Both the position numbers and the translations under genes were made by a program. A stretch of DNA of 61,488 nt, from the IMG/VR virus record IMGVR_UViG_3300029258_003973; one strand, 5' to 3'. This document shows, in pieces, positions 29,249-36,964 of the stretch. Positions within the stretch are counted from its first letter, which is position 1; every line of letters starts with the position of its first letter. The stretch is from an uncultured virus (IMG/VR IMGVR_UViG_3300029258_003973) (Duplodnaviria > Heunggongvirae > Uroviricota > Caudoviricetes). The notes under the pieces were generated by a model. It made no database searches, was not told the origin of the DNA, and was given only the letters and a program-made list of their open reading frames with translations.

Positions 29249-29371
29249 TGCGAGAGCTGGGAGTTGAACCCAACCATGAACCCCGTAATCAGAGAAGCCA
29301 TCAAACTCTGACCAATTTACATGGTACGTGGGGTTATGAGCCCCACGGTACACCGGTACCATTACTCTCGT
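29249..29371 (-). tRNA. tRNA-Met(CAT), initiator-like, with ~55-nt variable-arm insertion
   Basis: acceptor CGAGAG/CTCTCG, anticodon arm GTGGGG-CTCATAA-CCCCAC, T arm TTGGG-TTCAACT-CCCAG. Confidence 0.7.
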
Positions 29372-29374
29372 CCG

Positions 29375-29645
29375 CTCTCTCGAGCTAGTGTGATGTGAGT
29401 TGAATCTATTCGCTGACCTATCAAAAGATAGGCCAGCTCGCCATGTCAGGCAAACTTTACTATGTCGTTAGCGCCCAGGACTTTAGGCTGTCGTTGCCGA
29501 ACATACTCACCGGGAGTTACTGGCATTTACCCGGCCCCTCTGTCCGTTAGTTCCTTACCGTCATACCATCCATCCAAATCGTTAGTGCCATCTAATCATT
29601 GGAGGTGGTATTAGTTGTAAGGAACACATACCTGACTGAGACATT
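29375..29645 (-). ncRNA. candidate structured ncRNA
   Basis: multiple long stems (GTTCCTTAC/GTAAGGAAC, GTCAGG/CCTGAC, GCTGGCCTATC/GATAGGTCAGC); no minus-strand ORF. Confidence 0.55.
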
Positions 29646-29673
29646 CATGATCCCCAGCATTGAAGCTGCACGG

Positions 29674-30273
29674 CTAAACCGCGGAATCATTCTCCATAAT
29701 TATAGGTTTGAATATAGAGCCATGGAGCATGCTATTGCCATTTACTACTGTTACACCCTTTCCCAGGGTTCCAAACAGTCCGTATGCTTTCCAATCGCAT
29801 ACCTTATCTGTTCCAGGCATATTACACCCGGTGTCGCACTCTACAGGGTTATTGCTTACCCCTCCACACATGGGGCACCTGAACCCGTGCTGTCGTATGA
29901 TATCCCACTCTTCCTTAGAATTAACTAGGAGTACATTATCTCCATCTATTCTAGGTATGTCACCGTAGAATGATGTAATTGACCTACCAGATCCTCTTTC
30001 TTCTTCCCACTTTGTCAATACATCACCCGCCGGGATACCAAGTTTATACTCATAGTGCTTGGCCAAGTCTATAGCTCTCTTAAAAGTGTTGCACGGGAGA
30101 CGATAACATACATCTCCTTTCTTATGGCAGCCCATAGGATTAAAGCACTTCTTGTCTCCATTACATATTCTCAGTGTAGCTGACTTTAAGGACTTGTACC
30201 CGCTGGACTTAACAATATCACTTATTGTTGACGGTAATGTCTTAACAGTACTATTATCATTGTTAGTAACCAT
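29674..30273 (-). CDS. Cys-rich conserved phage protein
   Basis: FRCPMCGG...CDWKAYGLFGTLGKG. Confidence 0.7.
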   Translation of the reverse strand: MVTNNDNSTVKTLPSTISDIVKSSGYKSLKSATLRICNGDKKCFNPMGCHKKGDVCYRLPCNTFKRAIDLAKHYEYKLGIPAGDVLTKWEEERGSGRSITSFYGDIPRIDGDNVLLVNSKEEWDIIRQHGFRCPMCGGVSNNPVECDTGCNMPGTDKVCDWKAYGLFGTLGKGVTVVNGNSMLHGSIFKPIIMENDSAV

Positions 30274-30348
30274 ATAGCTGCTCCTATAAGTATTGCGTTA
30301 GCTATTCCTTGTGCGCTTACACTATCATCTGGTCGTTTATGTTGCTCG

Positions 30349-30708
30349 TTATTCATCAATGGATAACCTCTCTAGATCTGATCTATCCTTACAGCTTACC
30401 TCAGAGTACTGCTCGAGAAGATTTACAAACGTCTTATCGTTAAGATATATAATTCGTACAGGTTTCCTCATAGCAAAACACATACCAAGGTCAAAGATAG
30501 TACCAGTTGATCTAGCATCCCACACAACGTGTACCTCATCGGCCCACTCTATCTTTCCCCTGTTATATTCACAAACCTGGATCTCATTGAATCCTTCATG
30601 GTTGTCGAATGCCGGCAATGATACTTCATGTCCTTCATCCTCCATATGTACCTTATGTAAAACCATCATGTCCTGATAGCACGTTGTGCCTATCACAGTT
30701 ATCTTCAT
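30349..30708 (-). CDS. nucleoside 2-deoxyribosyltransferase-like protein
   Basis: IEWADEV...STGTIFDLGMCFAMRKPV. Confidence 0.7.
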   Translation of the reverse strand: MKITVIGTTCYQDMMVLHKVHMEDEGHEVSLPAFDNHEGFNEIQVCEYNRGKIEWADEVHVVWDARSTGTIFDLGMCFAMRKPVRIIYLNDKTFVNLLEQYSEVSCKDRSDLERLSIDE

Positions 30709-30736
30709 ATTATCCTCTTTCTAAGTATCTAACATG

Positions 30737-30833
30737 CGCCAGGTGGGGACTCGAACCCCTGTTCCATTAAGAACCGATCATTAAAGATCTCAACTCTCCT
30801 CCCGGAGCGACTGTGCCCACAGTGTACCTGGCA
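30737..30833 (-). ncRNA. aberrant tRNA-like RNA
   Basis: acceptor GCCAGGT/ACCTGGC, T arm GGGG-TTCGAGT-CCCC, four internal hairpins, no canonical anticodon arm. Confidence 0.55.
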
Positions 30834-30835
30834 TG

Positions 30836-31301
30836 CGGGCCCAAAGATGTACCTTATCATCCGGGCCCTTTACTGTGCATCCAATTTGTGTCCTGTACAG
30901 TTTCCGTTTAATCCATAGTTTAATCTTATCCAGGGCAACCTACCAGCTGGTTCACGCCGCCATCAAAGGTACTGGATGTCAAGGACTTGTCATGCCTCAT
31001 GCTCGCGAGCCGTGCTCCATCCGGAGCCTAACATTCGCAGTACCCATGGGGGCGGCGGAGAGAATCGAACTCTCGTTTCCCCGCTCTAGTATATGGACCT
31101 CGATTACAGAACAGATGCATTACTAAGCTTAGGGTAATAGTCTTAGTCTGAAAGGAGCTCGTCTACCAGTTCCGACATTCCCTCGCATTTTGTGCTGTTT
31201 GTAACTTTGAGGTTACAAATTGAGGGAAGGAGGACTTGAACTCTCCATGCTCTTATGAGCGCTCCTTCTATAAAGCTTAACCTGAAGCTTAGTCTGTACC
31301 C
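30836..31301 (-). ncRNA. large ncRNA with two circularly permuted (YrlA-like topology) tRNA domains
   Basis: T arm and acceptor 3' strand precede acceptor 5' strand and D arm twice (31152-31267 and ~30927-31085). Confidence 0.7.
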
Positions 31302-31311
31302 TATATAACAC

Positions 31312-32064
31312 CTACCCGAAGATATACTTCAGGATAGCGTCCCCTGTTTCTACTTTGGCGACCTCCTCGGAATTTGCCGCTTCCCTGGCCACCTTTACTG
31401 CCTTGTCCAATTTCTCTATCCTCTCGAGAATGGCCTTTCTGTCATCCTTACTGATAGCCCCAGAGAATCGAACGCTAGTCCATGTACCTATTGGGGCGTC
31501 TTCCGTATATACTTCAACCTGTGCTGGGTGCTTATCAGTGGCTTCAGCCTTGATATGATTCCTCGGGACCTTCTTAGTACGGATTGAGCTTTTCTCTTTG
31601 GATTTGTAAAGACCCGACGCCTTATCATGCTCCCATATTTCCATTGGATCCAGAACCGGGAGTTTGTCAACCAAAGTTCTTATATCCTTGAGCTGTTTTT
31701 CCAGGAATATAAGCGTCGTTACTGGTACGTCTTTGGCAATTGTCATGGAATTATCTTCGTCGATATCTATGGTGATATCGGCTCTGGCCATCGTATTTCC
31801 AGAGTCCTGGGTAGCTACCATGTTTATCATAGCCTCCAGGTCTACGCGAACGTCTGCGAGAACTTCTGGCACATTTTCCTGTACAAGTTTGTCCTCATCA
31901 GGAAGTTTGTTTGCCCCAGTAGGATCATCTTCCAGGGGAGAATACCTTCTTGTCATACCCTCGAACAGATCAGTTCTCTGCAGCTTATGGTATGCCTTAG
32001 TTATGGCTGCCTCCCTTTTAGACTTCTCACCACTTACAATTGCTATTACTTGATTCAGTTTCAT
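31312..32064 (-). CDS. conserved coiled-coil protein (DUF7873-like)
   Basis: MKLNQVIAI...LFEGMTRRYSP...VPVTTLIFLEKQL...ATDKHPAQV...KAVKVAREAAN. Confidence 0.75.
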   Translation of the reverse strand: MKLNQVIAIVSGEKSKREAAITKAYHKLQRTDLFEGMTRRYSPLEDDPTGANKLPDEDKLVQENVPEVLADVRVDLEAMINMVATQDSGNTMARADITIDIDEDNSMTIAKDVPVTTLIFLEKQLKDIRTLVDKLPVLDPMEIWEHDKASGLYKSKEKSSIRTKKVPRNHIKAEATDKHPAQVEVYTEDAPIGTWTSVRFSGAISKDDRKAILERIEKLDKAVKVAREAANSEEVAKVETGDAILKYIFG

Positions 32065-32076
32065 ACTACGTTCCTC

Positions 32077-32463
32077 CTATAAATCAACTCTTTTGAATTC
32101 TATGATTCCTTTTGCTTCCATATAAGCCATTGTCTCCTCGTACTCTGCGTGGTCCATTGTTCTATCGGATGTTCCACTCCACATAAGGTCACTTTTTACC
32201 TTGTCTGTCAAGGCAGCTCTAGCATAAGCTCTCGTATTCCATACTCGCTTCCCGTTCCAAAGAGCTACTCTATTACCTTCCACGAATATACCCCAACTTT
32301 CTGCCTCTGCCTCCGCTCCGATCACAATGGTTTCTGCTCGTATAACAGCAAGAGCCCTTTCACTGTTACCCCTGTGACGGAGCTCGTCCATGACATTTAC
32401 ACCGTCTGATGCTACCATTTTCTCTATTAGCTTGTCTCTCTTGGGTACCCTCGCCTTTGCCAT
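32077..32463 (-). CDS. hypothetical protein, paralog of 28527-29132
   Basis: WGIFVEGNRV...VW...A...L...MEAKGII. Confidence 0.65.
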   Translation of the reverse strand: MAKARVPKRDKLIEKMVASDGVNVMDELRHRGNSERALAVIRAETIVIGAEAEAESWGIFVEGNRVALWNGKRVWNTRAYARAALTDKVKSDLMWSGTSDRTMDHAEYEETMAYMEAKGIIEFKRVDL

Positions 32464-32468
32464 GACTT

Positions 32469-33857
32469 TTATCCCTCAGTTACATCAACTGCTAATCCCT
32501 TTCCGTATCCACTCTCCCACTGAGAATATCCACCACCCTGGGTTATAATCCATACCAGTGGTTTGTCCGGATCGGTTTTTGGCCACCCACAGGGGTATCC
32601 GTCAGTTACACATACATAGAGATCATAATCATGTTGCTTGAACACGTCGTGGGAGAAGAATTCACTAAAGTCTGTCCCACCACATCTGTTTCTTTTCACT
32701 TCTTCAAGATCAGATTCGTGCTGTAGTTCTTCTACTTCCTCTGTGGGTTCAGTATCCCAGTGCACTAGATATAGCTTGTCATTGTTCTCCCTTAGCACTA
32801 CTTTCTTGGCTAGGGCAAATGCTTGATTAACCTCATCGTCACTCATGGATCCGGATTCATCCACTACCATCATCGCGCTGAACCCACGAATTCTCTTCTT
32901 ACCGGGGATCATCTTTGTCCGGCGGTTCATCCTGCCATAACAGCGGGTGTATCCCTTGTTTATTGAACGCTCGCCAACAAGAAGCTGTTCCAATAGGGCC
33001 CAACCTTTTAAGAACTCATCATCAAGTTCATCAAGGAATCCCTGAATAGCTCTTTGCATCTCGTAAGGTGCTGATCCAGCTGCCCTATGTGTAGAACGGA
33101 CTATTTCGGCAATGTCCCGCATATACTCCCGCTTGCCTTCCTGGGTCACTTTCGGGATGACTACGACTCCATTTCCATCCCCAATACTACTCGAACCGTT
33201 GCCTTGCTGTATAACTGTTACATTACCTTGATCGTCTACTTCTATTATAGTAGGTATATTATTCCCATTAAATCCAATATTCTTTAGTATCTTCTTCTCT
33301 TCATTGGGATTGGCTCTCATATGCCTCACTATGGACTCGAATGTAGGAAAATCATCATAGTCTATTCCAGCCTTGCTATATGTCAGCATGTTATTAGAGA
33401 GCTTCTTATACCCTTCCATATCCTGCAAAGCATAGTTTACTGGAAGATCAGCCATTGGTGCATATTTAGTGAAGAACTCTTTTGTACCTATACCAAACTC
33501 TGCCATCATATCGAAACCTCTGGTAAAGTGGTAGTTAAGAACATGCATAAGTTCATGGCTTAATGCATAATCTATCTCATAGTTCTCAGCGTTAGCTATG
33601 AATTCTGCACTATATATCAACCTGATACCATTCTCAGTCATTGTCACTGCAGCCAGTCCGCCCTGGATATTTGCCGGGACTTTCTGTATAGATGAAAAGA
33701 ATATAGGGATAAATTCATCACGTACTATACCATCTATAATATACGCTTGGAATCTCTCCCGGGCCTTCTCCCTTATAGCTTTCCGATCTAACTGCTCTCC
33801 GCTGTCGCCGTGTCTTCCTTGTTTTCCACTTGGTTCTCCAGTTCCACTGACAGGCAT
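32469..33857 (-). CDS. DUF2201-type metallopeptidase-VWA protein
   Basis: HELMHVLNYH zincin motif; MIDAS VDESGSM, GGTDF, TDGY. Confidence 0.9.
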   Translation of the reverse strand: MPVSGTGEPSGKQGRHGDSGEQLDRKAIREKARERFQAYIIDGIVRDEFIPIFFSSIQKVPANIQGGLAAVTMTENGIRLIYSAEFIANAENYEIDYALSHELMHVLNYHFTRGFDMMAEFGIGTKEFFTKYAPMADLPVNYALQDMEGYKKLSNNMLTYSKAGIDYDDFPTFESIVRHMRANPNEEKKILKNIGFNGNNIPTIIEVDDQGNVTVIQQGNGSSSIGDGNGVVVIPKVTQEGKREYMRDIAEIVRSTHRAAGSAPYEMQRAIQGFLDELDDEFLKGWALLEQLLVGERSINKGYTRCYGRMNRRTKMIPGKKRIRGFSAMMVVDESGSMSDDEVNQAFALAKKVVLRENNDKLYLVHWDTEPTEEVEELQHESDLEEVKRNRCGGTDFSEFFSHDVFKQHDYDLYVCVTDGYPCGWPKTDPDKPLVWIITQGGGYSQWESGYGKGLAVDVTEG

Positions 33858-35122
33858 TTCAGTACCTCCTCAAACAGGTCTGCATTCTTCTTCTCTTTGA
33901 ACTTCTCATTGAGCTTGTCTTCCATCTTGCTTAACTGCAGCCTTGTTACTTCCTTTAACAGGCCTACGGCCGAGTCAAGGTCTGTTTTCCTCAGTAGCTT
34001 TATGTACTCAATCGTGTTTCCAGCTACTGCTTCCCACACATCTTCCATTTTGCCTTTCATACCGTTGACCATGTCTGCCATGTATGCCCCGGGATCCTGC
34101 ATTCCACGTATCATTTCCTGCTGTATACGATAGAGATGAACTGATTTCTCTTTAGAGTTTATCATCTTCTCTAGCTTCTTGAACGCTTTCTTGTCCCCCG
34201 CCAGTATCTGGATACCCGATATTTCGAATACATCCTTTATATATTTGGCGAAAAGATCGGCATCATCTATTCTCAGGCAAGCATGGGCTACAGCTTTCAG
34301 TTCAAACGGTATGTTATTTGGATCTATTGCTGGGAACATGTTATTCAGCATATCACTGAAATGAGCAAGCCTTCTTCCTTTGTTGTTATTGAATACAAAC
34401 GGGTGGTCTGAAACAAAGTCAACAAGGGAAGCATTTACACCATGTGCTTTTGCCCATGTGATCCATTCACTTGGAACAGCTTCTATCTTGTATATTGCAG
34501 TTCTGTCCTGGCTAGCTTTACCTATTTTGCTCAGCATGTAATCGTTCACTTGTGGTGGATTCATGCTAGCTATAAGCATTGCTCCATCTGATAGGAACTG
34601 ATCATCAAGCCTTCTGTCATAGAATAGCATGTATATCATTTCCTGTACTTCTTTCGATGCCTGGGCAAACTCATCGAGATGTATGATTCCTTTCCAGTTT
34701 GGGTCAAACGCCTTCTGTAAATACTGGAGCTGTACAAAGTTATATGTAGGCTCCTTCTTGTAATATTCATACAGCAAGTTCTTTATCCCCGCCATATCAT
34801 CACTGTATCCGTTCCCTTCCAGTTTCCTTACAAGGGCCGGAAATCCTCTAAGGTCTTCTGGCTGGATACCCTTGCAGGGGAACCATAGGTACTCTATCCC
34901 TAACTCCTCAGCACACTGTTCCTGAAGATGGTTCTTACCTATTCCTGACTCCCCTATGAGCCAGTTAGCCCACTTCCTTGTTGGTTCATGTACATACTGC
35001 ATCTTCAGAATGTTCTTCATCTGATTTACGGATACTGCAGTTGCATGGTACCATACGGCATCAATCCTTGATAGCCTGCTAAACTCGCCGTCTCTCTTAG
35101 CTTTGGTCTCACTTCGTGACAT
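33788..35122 (-). CDS. MoxR/dynein-related AAA+ ATPase
   Basis: GESGIGKN, DLRGFP, IHLDEF, SMNP; adjacent to VWA partner. Confidence 0.85.
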   Translation of the reverse strand: MSRSETKAKRDGEFSRLSRIDAVWYHATAVSVNQMKNILKMQYVHEPTRKWANWLIGESGIGKNHLQEQCAEELGIEYLWFPCKGIQPEDLRGFPALVRKLEGNGYSDDMAGIKNLLYEYYKKEPTYNFVQLQYLQKAFDPNWKGIIHLDEFAQASKEVQEMIYMLFYDRRLDDQFLSDGAMLIASMNPPQVNDYMLSKIGKASQDRTAIYKIEAVPSEWITWAKAHGVNASLVDFVSDHPFVFNNNKGRRLAHFSDMLNNMFPAIDPNNIPFELKAVAHACLRIDDADLFAKYIKDVFEISGIQILAGDKKAFKKLEKMINSKEKSVHLYRIQQEMIRGMQDPGAYMADMVNGMKGKMEDVWEAVAGNTIEYIKLLRKTDLDSAVGLLKEVTRLQLSKMEDKLNEKFKEKKNADLFEEVLKCLSVELENQVENKEDTATAESS

Positions 35123-35705
35123 TAGCCTTCCTCCGTTTCTTTGGTGTTAATTGTTTTATTCTTTCTATTTCTGATTCAGTGACTCCTTTGCCTATAACAC
35201 TAACTTTATTCCTTGCGTTCCAGAGCGAAGCTGCCACTTCCGATACATTTGCTACTGACCCCAAGGAAACAGTTATGTCCTGGTTCTTTAACAAATCTAG
35301 TGGATTCTCTATCAGATTCTTATCTACATATCCCTTTGTGTTTCCAGAACTAAACATGAGAGCCTTGGTCACGACTACCCCTGTACGTATCATATCATGT
35401 GAGTCGCCTACGGAATACATAGGGAGGTGAATGTTGTTCATTCCACATGGTATAAGAATTATGTCATCGTTCTTTGATAACTTTCCAGAATATTCTAGTA
35501 CACACTCAAGGTCCCCTTCTCCTATATTATCTTTGTCGGCCACAAGAGTGTACAGGGGTTTCTCCTCTGGTATTCTTGATACTAGTTCTATAAACGAAGG
35601 ATCACTCTTTTTGGATACCAAGAAAGTTCTCCTATACCCTCCCCTAACATAGGGGGAGCTCGCTGCTCTGCTCCAGCTATACACATAAAGTTTCATGTAC
35701 ACCAT
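35109..35705 (-). CDS. hypothetical protein (198 aa)
   Basis: coupled between RT and AAA ATPase. Confidence 0.7.
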   Translation of the reverse strand: MVYMKLYVYSWSRAASSPYVRGGYRRTFLVSKKSDPSFIELVSRIPEEKPLYTLVADKDNIGEGDLECVLEYSGKLSKNDDIILIPCGMNNIHLPMYSVGDSHDMIRTGVVVTKALMFSSGNTKGYVDKNLIENPLDLLKNQDITVSLGSVANVSEVAASLWNARNKVSVIGKGVTESEIERIKQLTPKKRRKANVTK

Positions 35706-35707
35706 TT

Positions 35708-36964
35708 CTACTTGCCTCCTGCTGTTTTTGCTAATGCTTCCTGTTCCGCTTTTACATTCAACATCAGTTGTATTTCATCTCTTAACATCTTGATTGCATG
35801 CATCCATGTAGAATACTTCTTGTATTTGTCAGGAGAGATTTGGTATATATGAGCCAACTGCCCAAATATCCTATCAGACCTCCGGTGAAGGGTGTTCCTA
35901 TCGTTTCGTAGTTGTTTGGTGGCCTTTGTCCCACATTCTATATCAGAATACAGTTGTTGCATATCATAATACAGATGGTTCAGTGCTGACCTCAGGAACT
36001 TTTCTTTACCCTTTGGTACATTCAACTTTGTATTTGTTACCATGCCCAGTATCCTATGTTGTCTCCATCTGGCACTATACCTCGTTTTATCGTTGTTGAC
36101 CTTGAAGCCCTTATGCCCGGCTACCTCAAAGTCATTTATACAGTCAGTTACCTTCTGTTGGAAATCTCTATCTATATGAGTTGCCGCGGAGAAGAACATG
36201 TTGTCTGAATACCTAGTATATGTTATATTCTTTCTGGAACACATTCTAGAGAACTTATCGTCCAGTGGTAACAAAACACTGTTAGATATATTCGATGCTG
36301 GTATAGTTCCTATAGGTAAAACAGGCACGGACTTGTTTACTCCCCTGGGGTCACTGCGGGTAGTAAGCACTGCTATGGCTCTGCAAAGATGAGATAGCTG
36401 AGAATCATCTGGAGCTGCCAACTTCTTTCCGCGTCTGATCAGCATCATCTTGGCCTTTATTGAAGCCTTTACAGAAGTTATACTAGCAGGATGTTTGCTC
36501 AGTATTTCCTTAAAGTAATTGTAGTATAACTCGTATATCATCTCTCGTGTTATGGAATAGAAGAAGTCAGATATGTCCAACTTATAAAGGGCAAATGCCC
36601 CTACGTGGGGAGCAGCACAATCTGAACACTTCAGTCCTTTCTTATACGAATAGACCTTTCCATGACTTGGAAGAGGAAACATTCCTGTTAACGAGGACTG
36701 TATATGTATGAGCTCAGCACTTGACACCTTGCATAAGTGACGGGCTTTAGTTTTCCCGTTCACTTTCTTCTTTCTCTTCCATGTCTTATATTTAGAATCC
36801 ATATAGTCAAAGGGAGGATATCCTTTCGCGGTCGCTTTCCATACATCAGGAAAGTACTCATTTATATTATTCCACAAGTGAGCCCACTTCTCTAGGAAAA
36901 GCTTAGGATACTTCTTATGCTCAAGCATTACGATACTCGCGTTGTCTTTATGAGTTTGAGCCAT
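35708..36964 (-). CDS. retron-type reverse transcriptase with variant active site (YSDN)
   Basis: YSYKKG...CAAPH (retron region-X NAxxH-like), LDISDFFYSI, LPIG..AS.ISN, YTRYSDNMFFS, GFKVNNDKT, ILGMVTN (VTG-like). Confidence 0.88.
   Translation of the reverse strand: MAQTHKDNASIVMLEHKKYPKLFLEKWAHLWNNINEYFPDVWKATAKGYPPFDYMDSKYKTWKRKKKVNGKTKARHLCKVSSAELIHIQSSLTGMFPLPSHGKVYSYKKGLKCSDCAAPHVGAFALYKLDISDFFYSITREMIYELYYNYFKEILSKHPASITSVKASIKAKMMLIRRGKKLAAPDDSQLSHLCRAIAVLTTRSDPRGVNKSVPVLPIGTIPASNISNSVLLPLDDKFSRMCSRKNITYTRYSDNMFFSAATHIDRDFQQKVTDCINDFEVAGHKGFKVNNDKTRYSARWRQHRILGMVTNTKLNVPKGKEKFLRSALNHLYYDMQQLYSDIECGTKATKQLRNDRNTLHRRSDRIFGQLAHIYQISPDKYKKYSTWMHAIKMLRDEIQLMLNVKAEQEALAKTAGGK

Noticed and set aside
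35708..36964. DGR or group II intron RT
   Set aside because: Motifs are retron-like; I saw no TR/VR pair, Avd-like gene, maturase domain or flanking intron RNA, and the gene is tightly coupled to its neighbours
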